A stretch of DNA of 64,000 bases from assembly GCF_001194135.2 (NCBI RefSeq), contig NC_068981.1, forward strand, positions 191,881,582 through 191,945,581. Reading direction: 5' to 3'. The DNA is from Octopus bimaculoides (lineage: Eukaryota). This document shows, in pieces, positions 47,076 through 60,720 of the stretch. A program made the position numbers and the translations under genes. Below the pieces are notes generated by a model that was not told the DNA's origin, searched no databases, and saw nothing but the letters and a program-made list of their open reading frames with translations. How positions within the stretch are numbered: position 1 is the stretch's first letter; each line of letters begins with the position of its first letter.

Positions 47076-49929
47076 GTTACATTTTTGCAGTTTCCTCCAG
47101 AGAGGTTAATTTATCAGAATACCAGAGATCATTCATTGCATCGTAACCATTTCAGTTTTCTCTTCAAGTGTTTACCAGCCCTGTTCTTCTACACAATACT
47201 TCAGTTCTTATGCCTTTGGTTTGTTTTAGCCATCTTGACTAAGACCATGCTGGAGCATTGCCATCACAGAAATAAATATCTCTGTGCCCAGAGACAGTAT
47301 CTCTTTTGTCAGCACAAGAAATTGTCTAGACATATCTAAACAATTATAGACGTTACTGATAAATGTGCCCAAAATAACAATAAACAAACACTGAATCTTG
47401 CCATAAATTTCACTCAGCTATAGTCTTGCAAATATTTTTAGTATAATAGTAACTGTAATTCATGTTTAAATATTCAGTAAGGCTATCAAGAGGTCAGAGC
47501 TGTCATAGACATTATATTATGACCTTTGTCAAATCATATTCAACACTAACTGGGGAGGGGAGGGTCTGTTTCAGGTTTCCAAGTTTACTGAACAGTATTG
47601 AAACTTCATAACCCATCTATCATTAAGAATTCATATAAGAGACATCATCATCATCCATTTAACATCCATCTTCTAGGCTGGCATGGGATGGACAGATTGA
47701 TTGGGGGCTGGCAAGGCAAGGGGCAGCACCATGTTCTACTGCCTGTATTTGCATGGTTTCTACAGCTGGATGCTCTCCCAAATGCCAACCACTTTACAGA
47801 GTGCACTGGGTACTTCTTACATGGCACCAGCACCAGTGTTTTTTATGTGGCATCAGCATTGACAGGGTCACCAAGTACCTTGCAAGACAAAAACCCCTCA
47901 ACTGGGAGGGGGGGCTAGTACTGAGGGATGTGGTTTTGTGTCAGTTGAGAGATTTATGGTATAGGTGGGACATATATAGGTGTTTCTTAAGTGGTTGGTG
48001 TTAGGAAGGGCATCTGATCATAGAAACCAAAGCAGAAATGAAATGCAAGCAAAATAAGGCCCTTCTGACCCATCTTGGTGAGCATATGTGCTGATTGCAA
48101 CAGTGGTAACACATCAGATGTAAAACAATGACGATAATGATGCATTCAGACTAGTTCTCTCTCTTCTCTTGTTACTCTTTTGCTTCTCTCTCTTCTTTCT
48201 CCTCTCTTCCCATATCTCTCTCTCTTGCTCTCCCCCTCCCTTTATATCTTTTTTCCCCTTTCTCTTTCTCTCGCATACTGAAGAGGGAAAGAGGATTTAT
48301 AGGTCAAACCACAGATGAAATGTCAGCTAAATTTCCTGTTAATAATCACTAATGAAAATATACACAATTCTGGCCAACAAAAGAGTTGACTGGGCTATTA
48401 TTTTGCTGCCTGGCAAATTAACATTGAGAGATGCAAATAAAATATAAAATAGTTAGTAAAGGTCACAGTTAATAAAAAAAATTCCTCATAAGGAATCTCG
48501 AAACATCTGTTACTCCATATTTTATATTTTGAATTATCTAAAATCAAAATTACAAGATCTTAAGGAACAATTCATAAATGGTCTCATATACTAAATATCA
48601 AAGAGTTTTCTTTTTTAATTTGATTGATGCATTGTGAGGTAGAAACTTAAAGAAGCTCACTATGTATGTATGTATGTATGTATGTATGTATGTATGTATG
48701 TATGTATGTATGTATGTATGCATTTAATAACCGTTTTATTCTGCTACACAGTTTTATGAGCATGGGACTTGTCCACACTTGTTATTAAATACATGTAACT
48801 AATGAAATATGGTGAGTGTTGCCTTCTTTTTACTGTTCCCTGATTCATACTGGGGGGGAGAGAGAGAGAGAGAGAGAGAGACTGTGTAAATATTAAAAAA
48901 AAGAAATAAACTATGCTGAACCAGGCTACAGATGGTGACATCACTATTTACTACTCGCTTACAAATACTGTCACCATTTGTTGTTGGGCAGCAACTGGTG
49001 ATATTTATTGCTATTTCCTTGGCTTTAAAGTTCCATATTCCACTAGAATAAATAAATGTTTAAAAAGTTAAGAACTGGTGACAGGGATTGTACCTTTTTG
49101 GCCATAAAAATCCTGTTTCAATTTTCTAGTAAGCCATGCTAGCATGAAACAAAAGATACTAATCTAAATGAACACATAAACAATACTGATTTTATCTTCC
49201 ATGCACACTAGGTTTTAAAGTTGTATTTCAACGTAGATTTACAAATTTTCAGCTGATGAGTGTCTTAAAAATTTTATCATACCACTTAATATCCAAAATA
49301 TGAAATAAAATCACAATATAATCCCTTCAAGTGCTGTGCCTTGGTCAATCATGAACTTCAATGCTGAAGGTTTGTGGGGAAAATGTAGCAGCAGCTTTCC
49401 TGTTGCCTTCTATCTGTTTATTTAGTGTCCTATATAATAATTTTTAAGCAGGGGGACTAGTTCCTGTGACATGAGGACATGTCCACATACTGGTACACCT
49501 GTGTAGCATATGTATAGTGGCCAGCCCTCTTCTGAATCCTGCAAGCCATAATGACAGGACTGCTTTCTGCTTTTTGACTCATAACTGGAGCCCTTGGGAG
49601 GTATTACTACCCCAGACCAGAGTAGTCATGACTAAGGAATAACTCTAAACTCCTCCAAACTCCTGAACTTTGAAGTTGGTGCCTCATCATTGGATCCAAT
49701 TATAATGTCTTGCCCAAACAACACACAATATCATAACTTTCTTAAATTCACTAATCATTTAAAATCAATAATAATTTTAATTAGACTGGCCTTACAATAG
49801 TTGTCTATAAATACAAAAGCTGTGAAGTAAGCCTTAAAAGTATGATAAAGCTTTCACACAATAGAGAAAATGCAACTTTTGAAAAGTGTCATGTCAATTT
49901 GAACAGATAAATTTTGTCACTAAAATTTA

Positions 49930-50080
49930 CCAAGTGTGTACTAATAGTTTACAGCATTCATTAAGTGTACTCTAATCGTTTTGCAATGTGCATAAATACT
50001 TTACAGTGTACATTAATAAGTGTACGTTAGTAGTTTACAGTGTATATTCCATAAGTGTACAATAGTTTACAGTGTACATT
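49930..50080. repeat. Degenerate ~35-bp tandem repeat (AAGTGTAC..TAATAGTTTACAGTGTACATT)
   Basis: About four imperfect units. Confidence 0.65.
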
Positions 50081-51226
50081 TTTTCTTTCATTTTATTTTT
50101 AACGACTGTTCTAGTAGATAAGAAAACTGAAATTCAAATATCAAAGATCAATTAGTATTTAATATCTGAGAGAAATCTGTACAAAACATATCATTGGCTT
50201 TAATATCCAATGATCAATAAAGATTGTCTTTTCAAAATAGATAATTTCAATGAACCTGTAAAACTATTATTTATACATTCAATAATATAGCAACTCAGTA
50301 CAATGGAGGTAACAATTCAGTGATATATCTTCTGCAACAAAGACTATATAACCTCTCATAGTATTGTTTTCTTTAAGATATTACATTAACCTGCAACAGC
50401 ATAGAGTACAGTCTTCTCACGAACACAAGATTCTATAAATAGCGTGGCTTGATCAAATAAAACTCTTCAACATCTCCAGAAATCTATTCATGACTGATTA
50501 GATAAAAAAGCAAAATACGATAGCAGGAGTTTTTCTAAATTGTTTAGCAACCTAACTTTATATGTTTGAAACCATAATTTAATACTTGACTAATTTAATA
50601 AATCTTTTCTGGAGTACATTATTCAATCTTTGCCAGTATTACTTACTCTCAGCCAATTCTTACAACTAGAGCAAGCAATATCCAACTAGAACTTCCAGTG
50701 AAGATTACTTTCTTGCCTTCAATTCTTTTCCCCCATTGTTCCCTACCACCACCATCATACATTAGAGAATGTGCAGAATTGTGATTTCATGTGTTCTAGA
50801 GGTTCAAACTTTCATTTTATTTTTAAGCAGAGATTATTCTTATTGAGACAAGAGTCATTAAAGGATGTTCGGAAACACCTTTTTCTTTTTTGTTATTTCT
50901 TTTGTTAATTTGTATGTGCATGTGGAGATTTATCAGTATCTTGATGTCACATGACTGTGAGGTAAATGAGTGGGAGCTTCATACAAGTGATGTCTTTTAA
51001 TTCCAATCTTCCATGTCCAGCCATGGGGAATACAAATACTATCTTCCTTAAAGACAAGTGAGGGTTGGTGATAAAAAGGGCATCGGTCATAGACAATCTG
51101 CTTCAGCATATTCTGCCTGACACATGCAAGCATAAAAAAGTGAATGTTATAACAATAATGATTATAATGATGACGATGCTGAGGAATGAAAAGTAAACCA
51201 AGAGAAAATAAAAATGCTTCACATAC

Positions 51227-51430
51227 CAAACTGGCACCAATTTTAATTAGATTGTTCAGTTGAATCCGTAGTTGATCACAAAGATCAAGTATGCGTTCTC
51301 GGTTCTCATGGGAAGTGTAGGCAGAGTCAGTGAAATCCTGGCTACTTTCAATTATTAAGTCTAAGGCACTGTTGAGTTTCTCCTGAGTACTCGGACCTAC
51401 CATTGTTATCCGAGTTAGTTCACATAAATC
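51227..51430 (-). CDS. CTNNAL1: Alpha-catulin exon (204 nt, phase 0-0): DLCELTRITMVGPSTQEKLNSALDLIIESSQDFTDSAYTSHENRERILDLCDQLRIQLNNLIKIGASL
   Basis: Acceptor tttttctttttccctatcag|GAT; donor TTG|gtatgt; DFTDSAYTSHE.RERIL motif. Confidence 0.95.
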
Positions 51431-53284
51431 CTGATAGGGAAAAAGAAAAATGATGTTCAAAAATAAATTAATAAAAAAACCACTTCCATGCATACCATTT
51501 TTTTTCGTTTTTTTTAAATAGCATCAAAGAGAAACAATTATAGCTGCAAGAAACCTGAAAGCACTTTGCAATCAATGTTAAAGGGAACACACCACCACAA
51601 TACATGGAAGCTCTCTTAGGTACCAACCACACATTTCTGTTACAAAAACCAATACATATTTATCGATTAACAAAGATGAAAGTCAACATCAATAAAGATA
51701 AAAGGTTGAGACAACACAGTCACACATTTTTCATTTGATTTCTTTGCTGCCATTCTCCGGTCATCAAAATAAAATCCAATATTTTAATAAAATATCAGGA
51801 TTACATTATTGATCACTTAGATTATCAATAATTCCTGAAAAGAATGGTTTTTACTGCATAATTCCTCCAGATGTTGGACATTGATTCTAGTTTGGAAGTC
51901 AAAATACAGTTCCCTCTTTATCCCTAAACACAACTTCCATTTTATAATTGGAAAATAACAACTGCCAGATTTTTGACACTATTTTCTTCAACATCATCAT
52001 CATCATCATCAATTAACGTCCATGTACCATTCTGGCATGGACTGGATGGTTTGACAGGATCTGGTGAGCCCAAGGACTGTTTTGGCATAGCTTCTATAGC
52101 TAGAGTCCCTTACTAACACCAACTACTTTACAGAGTCTACTGGGTGTTTTTCTAGCAAGACCATGAATCCCAAGGACAAGGCTTTATACAAGGAGATGAG
52201 GGGTTAAAGTATGAGAGAAGGGGCCAAAGTAGAATAGATTTCTCTAGAAGAGGTAACATGACTATTCACATTTTAGAAGAGAAGATGGGAGTGATCAGGT
52301 GGAGATGGGGAGAGACAAAAATAGTGATGATGAGGTGTCTGAACGAGTAGAGGTGAGTGGGAACAGAGGAACCAGGTGTGATGGTGCTCAAATTTCTTAG
52401 CCAATATTCTATACCAACTTTAGTTTTGTTAAACATTTACATTTATTTCATTTTGTGATTGTTTTGGCTTGACTTTATCCTGGTAGTTGATGTTTGACTC
52501 CAGAAGTAGCCCTAACTTACTTTTCTCTCCCACCAGCCCCACAGCTATACTAACCACTATGTCTAGCCTCCACCCCCACCCCCTGAACCATCATCCTTCT
52601 GGAACCTTCTCCCTGTTCATGTCTTCCAAATAGGTGAATCAACCTCACTGATACTGGGAGATCTACAAAGGTCATGGTCACTGCCCCTGCTTCCAGACTG
52701 AGAAAAAATGAAAGGAAAAAAAAACATGACTATCCTCAACTATTTCCAGGCGATACATCCCCAACTACACTACCTAATATGCTCTTCCATGTTTATTTCT
52801 TAAGATGTGGTTTGTGTCTAATTTTGATCTATTTCTATTAGAAAAACCATACAAGGGTTCCTCAAAGGATCATTCTACATTGGTTGTTTCTCATACTCAA
52901 TTAAATGGTTGTTTCTCCAGTTCAGTTTCTTTGACTCCAAACTTCAATGTAAACTTTCTTAGTCCACACAGCCCAATTTAGTAATTAAGACAGGCATTAT
53001 CACTTCTAGGTTCTGTGAAAGGTATGATATGTAATAAGAATAGGAGGTTGTGTGAACATTCTGTGAGAGAGCTCGGATGATGTTGCTTAACCTCAGGTTG
53101 ATCCTAATCCAACAGATCTTTGATCAAAGACATTTCATTCATGACTGTTCTGTGTTTTTAAAAGTATATTGTATTACACCACCCATTATACCTTTCCTAC
53201 TCCCACTCGCTAGAGAGTATGGTGTGATTTGAAGAAGATTTGGTTGCTATTTCAAGCAGGATAAGCAACTATGTAAAAGCTCCA

Positions 53285-53487
53285 TTAACCTTTTTGTTAT
53301 CATATATCTATATTGAAAAACATTTCTAGCAATTAACTTTGAAAATAAAGAATTTATTAAAATAACTTTATCATTTTAAGCTGGTGTTTGAAATATAAAC
53401 TACACAAAATTTAGAAGACTTTAAAACAGGGAATTTGTACCATAGAACCAAAATTAGTTTCAGGCAGGTTGATATCAAGAGAATTAA
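53285..53487. mobile_element. TTAA-flanked MITE, family 2 (opposite orientation)
   Basis: TTAA-CCTTTTTGTTATCA ... TTGATATCAAGAGAA-TTAA. Confidence 0.6.
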
Positions 53488-53869
53488 TTTTTGTGGATAA
53501 AGATATAAATCTAGTTTCCTCATAGATTATTCACCAACACTCATTTTGTTTTGTTGTTCTGTTTGAATAATTAATTTGATGAATGTGTAATAGCATCGAA
53601 CAGTGCCAAGAGATTTACTGATGTCAAATGTATTTAAGACGATGTGTGACAGTGGATTTCTCTCTTAATTAATGCTGAAGCTATGAAATACTTGTTCAGA
53701 TGGGATTAAAGTTCAATGCAATAATTAAATAGGGGTCTCAGAAGCATTATATGGTGGTGTGGCAGTAAAAAATAATCAAGAGATTATGTAGGTGATGAGT
53801 TTTAAGGTGAAAAACGAGGAAAAATTGAATGGAGGCTGGGGCGAAAATATTCAAGAATGATCTATCTCT

Positions 53870-54197
53870 CATCTTGTACTTGTTTCAGTCAATGGACTAT
53901 TCATATTTTTGTTTCAAGTCTGGTACTTATTTTATTGGTCTCTTTTAGCAAACTACAAAGTTACAGGGATGTAAACAAACAAATATTGGTTGTCAAGTAG
54001 TGAGTTCACACACACACACACATACACACCTGATAGGTTTTCACATAGTTTCCGTCTACCAAATTCACTCATAAGGCATTGATTGGACTAAAGCTATTGT
54101 AGAAAACACTTGCTCAATGTGCCACCCAGCTAGATTGAAACTGAAACCACATGGGTGCAAAGCAAGCTTCTTAGCCATACAGTCATTCCTGCACCTA
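53870..54197 (-). mobile_element. SINE family A, tail type 1 (older copy, head-to-head with 54255)
   Basis: Reverse complement follows 54255-54612 along its whole length. Confidence 0.8.
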
Positions 54198-54254
54198 TGT
54201 TATGTATATTCCTGAGATGCATTTGTGCAGTAAATGATTTGATCTGAGAATGGT

Positions 54255-54612
54255 TAGGCGCAGGAGTGACTGTGTGGTAAACAGCTTGCTTACCAACCAC
54301 ATGATTCCGGGTTCAGTCCCACTGTGTAGCACCTTGGGCAAGTGTCTTCTACTATAGCCTCAGGCCGACCAAAGCCCTGTGAGTGGATTTGGTAGACAGA
54401 AACTGAAAGAAGACTATCGTATGTGTGTTTGTCCCCACAACATTGCTTGACAACCGATGCTAGTGTATTTACGTCCCCGTAACTTAGCGGTTCGGCAAAA
54501 GAGGCTGATAGAATAAGTACTAGGCTTACAAAGAATAAGTCCAGGGGTCGATTTGCTTGACTAAAGGTAGTGCTCTAGCATGGCCACAGTCAAATGACTG
54601 AAACAAGTAAAA
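54255..54612 (+). mobile_element. tRNA-derived SINE, family A, tail type 1 (best-preserved copy)
   Basis: A box TGACTGTGTGG, B box GGTTCAGTCCC, CCTTGGGCAAGTGTCTT core, tail ..CCCCGTAACTTAGCGGTTCGGCAAAAGAG..CAAATGACTGAAACAAGTAAAA. Confidence 0.85.
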
Positions 54613-54869
54613 AAATAACTGAAATGCATTAAGACCAGAACAGTCATTAATAATACACCCTTTTGATTTATTATTATAAAAGTGTAATATATATTTTTTA
54701 TTATTATAAATTAGTATTTATACATTCTTTTTGTTTTGAATTAAAAAATGAAAAGCCTTGTCTCCATCCTAGGGATAGTCTTCACAAATTTCATATGTAA
54801 TTTAGGGTTGTTAATTATTAAACTTTAAAAGTGTTCAAGATACAAATAACTTAAGATTGGTTTCAGGCT

Positions 54870-55480
54870 ATGATTAACTTAATAGCACCACCGAGAGAGG
54901 TCTTTTAAGTCATGTTTTAGGACACAATGGACCACTCAAGTAAAGAGCTGTCATGCCCAAGACATATTCAGATGTTAATAATTTGTCTGGTACTTCTTGG
55001 AAGAATTTGTCCAAGTATGTTTGAATGTTATGGAGTCTTTTCCTATTTTAATTTCCTTCAGGACAATATTGAATAAAGCAGGACCATTTGAGGTTTAAAA
55101 AAAAAGTTGTGTCATAATATTCTTATGTGATGTGAACTCAACTTTGTAAGGGGATACATGGCACAGGGGTCAGCCCTGGGTAACTCAGAAACTTTCTACC
55201 AACATCATTTGGACAATATTGAAGGAATATTTTCTACATTGTACAAATGATATAGTGCTCATGATGGCGTTGAGTATTGAGTTTCAGCTTTTTGAGGCAA
55301 GCCAAATAATTGAGGTCTGTCATGCCATTCATTCCCCCCTCCCCCGCCATGATTAATCTCTGCAGTGCTTCAATCCTAATATTTTGTTTAGTGTGAGGGA
55401 CCGCAATGGACAACAATATTGAAAGTGAGACCTTCCAAACATGGAGAAGGGAAGGATAATGGTCTCGTGATCAGAAATTC
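54870..55480 (-). mobile_element. CR1/L2/Jockey-group LINE 3' remnant
   Basis: HFQYCCPL.S-PHTKQNIRIEALQR...GMTDLNYLACLKKLKLNTQRHHEHYIICTM resembles EYC...WSP...IE.VQR...L.Y..RL..L.LYSL.RRRER. Confidence 0.7.
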
Positions 55481-56782
55481 TGTTCCGGTGTTTAGAAAAT
55501 AAATGACTTCTCTCATTAATATAAGATCATACATTTATGGAGCCAGTATACAACTGATACTTATTGACCCTAGAGCAATGCAAAGTACAGGTTGACTCTG
55601 TTGGAATTTGAACATATAATGGAACCAAACAGTTGTTCAATTACTATATCAACTAACACACCATCCTTGCAGCTTTCCAGTAACAAAAGCAGAAAATAAT
55701 CCAGATTCTGTTTTTGTGAATTTAAAACCTGCAAAAGACAGTCACATCCTCCCCCATCCCACTGGGTTTATCATGCAGATCTCTACTGTAATGGAAACGA
55801 CACTTATCAATAAGGAAACCACAACAGATTAATATACAAATATGATAAGGAAATGTTCTGTTTTTCCATCTCTAGCCATCACTATGAAATAGCAAGATGT
55901 GTAAAATGTAACATTAGAAAATATCTGAGCATAAAATGGAGTTAGCTATGAGACAAGGAGGCAGACAATATCTTCATATCTAGCTTTGTAAAAGCAGCTG
56001 AAACTGAAATGGTTGGATAGCCATTCTAGTATTTCTTGTTTTATCAATAGTATATCACCACTAAAGGAATTTATTTCGCTTAGCAGAAGCAAAATCTAGA
56101 ACTACACCAAAAAATTTCCACAAGAATGATCAACATATGGATTACAAACAATAATAATAATAATACATGTTGATGATGATGATTTAGATATTTTAAAAAA
56201 TATATGATAATTCTTCTAAATACAAATAGTAAAAATACTATGAAAATATGGTGTGTGTGGTGGTGGTGGTGGGGAGAAAGCAAGTGTTTATAAAGAAAAC
56301 TGAAGTGCTGTGATAATGTGACAAAACATGAGTGAGAAAACAAAATAGTTCAAAAGGAACTGCGATGATGATGATGATGATGATGATGATGGTAGTGATG
56401 GTGGTGGGTGTATTTCTTTTGGTGATTCTTTTTGTCACATGGTAGCCAGTAAGAAAGTATAAAGTCAATTCAATCTTTCTATTAAGCTTAAATAAATAAC
56501 TGCTAAGCAGCTGTTAGCTATCTGAATATTTCTAAAACAAGATGGCACGGTTTAACAAAACAGCAACCCAGAGGATTGTCGTATTCAAAAACTAGAACAG
56601 CAGAGTTTCGTAATTAATTATCAACGATAAAAGGGGATTACTTATTATCACATTGTAAATTGCTGGTATATATTTGATTAATCTAAGAATTCGTTAACTG
56701 GAAGGAATGTTATTAAGAAAGAACAAAGCCTGAAACATGAAGTAAATGTCATACTTCTCTATAGACTATAATAAATAACAGT

Positions 56783-56834
<52 letters not shown>

Positions 56835-56837
<3 letters not shown>

Positions 56838-57250
56838 CATTGCAGGTCATGTGGTGTGGCCACAAAGCTTACTTTTCACTCACATGGTTTGGGGTTTGGT
56901 CTCACTGAAAGGGTCTTGTACTGAATGGAACTGGTAGTTGAAAATTGTATGGAAACTGTTTGTGTAAGCCTAGTTTGTGCATGTGTGCATGCATATGGAA
57001 ATACTGATTCTGCAAGTTTTATTAACATGGTATGACCAAAAACAACACCACTTATGTTCTCCAGTAAACAAAAATCCCATTGTTTAGTGGCTGTGCTGCT
57101 TTTGACATGAGAAGACCAGTGGAATTATAATCTTGTATGTAGGAAACAAGTAAGAATTAATGAGAGGAAGATGAGCCAGCAATAGAAGAAAACTGTCCCA
57201 GTAAGTCTCATCTAACCAAGGCCAACATAGAAAAACACACATGAAAATGA
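56835..57250 (+). mobile_element. SINE family A, tail type 2 (diverged)
   Basis: Diverged head and type-2 tail. Confidence 0.55.
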
Positions 57251-57818
57251 CAACAATTATGATTATGATGATTAATGATGCTTACAATCAATGACATGGC
57301 CACAGATTGATGACACTAACAATGATTGATGATGAGGTTGAATGAAAGTGACAATGATGATTGATAACAATAACAAGAACTGATTGATGATGATGATGAT
57401 GAATTATGGCAACAATGACTGATGATGCAAGCAACAAAGGATGATAATGATGCTTGATGATGTCTAAAATTTGCTCTGCTAGAAAGTGTAAAATCTGGGA
57501 CCCACAGTTGGTAGGTAACAATTCAGAAGAAGCAGGATTAAGTTAACATTTTACTTTAAAGATTCAGTAAACTATTCTCATATAGAATACACTAAACACA
57601 CATTACTTAGAGACATATAAAGTACTCTGAAATACCAGCACCAAACCTAATCTGATTTAAGGATAAACAAACAACACACACACACACACACACACTTCAG
57701 TTAGAAAGAAAGGGTTTGAATAAATTTTATCATCAATTCATTACAAATCATATGTATATATATAATAATATAAATATATATATGCATATATACATACGTA
57801 TATGTACATACTTACATC

Positions 57819-57861
<43 letters not shown>

Positions 57862-58696
57862 NNNNNNNNNNNNNNNNNNNNNNNNNNNNNNNNNNNNNNN
57901 NNNNNNNNNNNNNNNNNNNNNNNNNNNNNNNNNNNNNNNNNNNNNNNNNNNNNNNNNNNNNNNNNNNNNNNNNNNNNNNNNNNNNNNNNNNNNNNNNNNN
58001 NNNNNNNNNNNNNNNNNNNNNNNNNNNNNNNNNNNNNNNNNNNNNNNNNNNNNNNNNNNNNNNNNNNNNNNNNNNNNNNNNNNNNNNNNNNNNNNNNNNN
58101 NNNNNNNNNNNNNNNNNNNNNNNNNNNNNNNNNNNNNNNNNNNNNNNNNNNNNNNNNNNNNNNNNNNNNNNNNNNNNNNNNNNNNNNNNNNNNNNNNNNN
58201 NNNNNNNNNNNNNNNNNNNNNNNNNNNNNNNNNNNNNNNNNNNNNNNNNNNNNNNNNNNNNNNNNNNNNNNNNNNNNNNNNNNNNNNNNNNNNNNNNNNN
58301 NNNNNNNNNNNNNNNNNNNNNNNNNNNNNNNNNNNNNNNNNNNNNNNNNNNNNNNNNNNNNNNNNNNNNNNNNNNNNNNNNNNNNNNNNNNNNNNNNNNN
58401 NNNNNNNNNNNNNNNNNNNNNNNNNNNNNNNNNNNNNNNNNNNNNNNNNNNNNNNNNNNNNNNNNNNNNNNNNNNNNNNNNNNNNNNNNNNNNNNNNNNN
58501 NNNNNNNNNNNNNNNNNNNNNNNNNNNNNNNNNNNNNNNNNNNNNNNNNNNNNNNNNNNNNNNNNNNNNNNNNNNNNNNNNNNNNNNNNNNNNNNNNNNN
58601 NNNNNNNNNNNNNNNNNNNNNNNNNNNNNNNNNNNNNNNNNNNNNNNNNNNNNNNNNNNNNNNNNNNNNNNNNNNNNNNNNNNNNNNNNNNNNNNA
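57862..58696. other. Assembly gap (835 N); other gaps 7187-7731, 10885-11039, 14045-14054, 19636-19645, 20180-20700, 34888-34897
   Basis: Runs of N, mostly flanked by microsatellites. Confidence 1.
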
Positions 58697-58719
58697 TATA
58701 TATATATATATATATATAT

Positions 58720-58880
58720 ACAATTGGCTTCTTTCAGTTTCCGTCTACCAAATCCACTCATAAGGCTTTGGTCGGCCCGAGGCTATAGTAGAAGACACTT
58801 GCCCAAGGTACCATACAGTGGGACTGAACCCAGAACCATGTGGTTGGTATGCAAGCTACTTACCACACAGCCACTCCTGT
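58720..58880 (-). mobile_element. SINE family A head and core (young); further partial copies at ~4700-4870, 22760-22860, 27750-27915, 33040-33210, 62690-62840
   Basis: TTTCAGTTTCCGTCTACCAAATCCACTCATAAGGCTTTGGTCGGCCCGAGGCTATAGTAGAAGACACTTGCCCAAGG..GGGACTGAACCC. Confidence 0.8.
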
Positions 58881-60663
58881 GTTGCAGTAAAATATTGAAA
58901 CTGAAAAGTCAATCTCAAACATTGGTGTGAAAAATAAACATTTAAGAAATTCAATCATGTGTAGATCATGGAGTAGGGGGAGAATCCACCATCATAATGT
59001 ATTTTTAAGTGTCTAAGAAAATATCAATATCAGTGGTTTTACTATTGTGAAGTAATTGATTCTTCTTGATAGGGAAAACTTTTCTGATAACTTATCGCAA
59101 AACAATCTATTCACAAAATTATGCATAGTGTATCTAATCAAAATATGAATGCTTGATTACTGTTTGTTTTCATTATTGGAGAACATCTTCCTTTAGTCAA
59201 TGTGTAATTCATAAGGGGACTTTGAGAGAGTAGTGTTCCAACCTTATTGTGTCTCCTAAGTCGAAGCTACCCTGGACTGATGAATCTAAAAAAAGTAGAG
59301 CAAATAAATCATTTGCTGATGCATGCTTCAAGGTCCCCTCACCAGGGGATCATATGTATTATGAACACACATCATCTAAAGGGAGATGTTCTCACTGAGG
59401 GATAACAAGAGCAATCAGATATTCACATTCGAATCTGCCAGAACATTAAGAAAGAATAGATACATTATTGTTTAGAGTCTTGCTGTTCTGCAAGCACTTC
59501 AGGAATTATTATCTGTTTGGTAGACATCAACACACATCAGAAAATAATTTGTTTGCTGATTTCTATAAACAAGATGCACACACACTCTTGAGCATACAAC
59601 TTAAGCATTCCTTTTATAGGAGAATCAGTGATGTATAACTTCTGTGATAACCTTACGACTTTTACTCTCTCCTCTCAAAACACCATCCATAACCAATGCA
59701 CTTTATCATACCCAGCAAATACAACCAAATTAAAACCAAACAAAACATCCCTCATACTCACCACACAAAAAGTAAATGAAACATTCTTAATGCCTCGTTA
59801 ACAATCTTTATTTTAACATTCAGCATAATTTCTACTCATCTCCTTGATATCAGACCACTTTCTCACAATTTTCATTGTGAATTAGATTGAACAAGGAAAC
59901 AAAAAACAAACACAGTCTTGTAATATTGTAAAAACCATAAACAGCAACAATTAAACCTTCAGCATTATCCTCCTCTATCACCATCAAAACAGGAACTTGG
60001 TGCCATTAAGCAAGGATTACACCAATTATTTTATTTCTTTTTTCTATATTTTCCTTCTAAAATCTGCTTTCCCACTTAACCATAGCCCAATATTCTAGCT
60101 TATTTTCAGTTTCACAGACAGTCACTATCAGCTGTCCATACTCAATGCTGGCATGGGTTAGATGGTTTGACAGGATCCAATGGGTCCAAGGACTGCATCA
60201 TGCTCCATTGCCTACTTTGGCTTGATTTCTATATTTGGGCAACCTCCCTAATGCCAACCACTTTACAGCATGGACTGGATGCATTTTATGGTACCCACAC
60301 TAGTGAGGTTATCATGTAGCCAGCAAGACCAAGATCCCCTTTCGATTGGGACAACAGAAAAGACAGGGTAGCTTTATGCTCTGGGATGAGATGTTAAAGT
60401 GAGAGAGACAGTGCCAGGACAGAATAGATTTCTAGCTGTAGAGGAGCTACATGTCTGTTCACACGAAAGAGAGAAATGACAGGATGGAACTAGAGAGAGA
60501 GAAATATGTATGTAGGGTGGAGCTGACAGTACAAACAGAATAGACAGAGATCAAAACATGAGGGTATATATGTGTATCTATCTATCTATCTATCTATATA
60601 GATGTATATGAATAAAATCAAAGACACACGCATTTACAAATGTTTAGTGAATGTAATATTTAC

Positions 60664-60720
60664 CTGGAAGAATTGGTTCACCATCAATATTTGTGAGATG
60701 GTAACAAACATCTTGTACAC
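60664..60720 (-). CDS. Candidate upstream alpha-catulin exon (57 nt), most likely phase 1-1: (G)VQDVCYHLTNIDGEPILP(G)
   Basis: Acceptor atgtatatgttag|GT and strong donor CAG|gtaaat; repeat-free; open in two frames. In phase 1-1 it needs an unseen phase 1-0 partner exon, possibly in gap 57862-58696. Confidence 0.5.

Noticed and set aside
49251-49310. Second CTGATGAG hammerhead-like core
   Set aside because: No GAAA follows a plausible stem II, and stems I and III cannot be formed.
52521-52697. Strong acceptor and GTAAGT donor pair
   Set aside because: All three frames hit stops and the interior is a dispersed repeat shared with 13680-13745.
54255-54330. tRNA genes at SINE heads (also 8125-8215)
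   Set aside because: A and B boxes are present, but there is no cloverleaf and each continues into a SINE body.
57716-58930. Long ORFs in the track here and at 6904-7976, 10715-11236, 13904-14273, 19479-20794, 20906-21146
   Set aside because: They are open only because they cross N runs or dinucleotide repeats (YI, RE, CV, SL, HT runs). The only real coding part is the 19954-20046 exon.
59343-59375. 33-nt pseudo-exon (MMCVHNTYDPL; ctttag|..|gtgagg)
   Set aside because: No family similarity; has a stop in the phase the neighbouring candidate exon would need.
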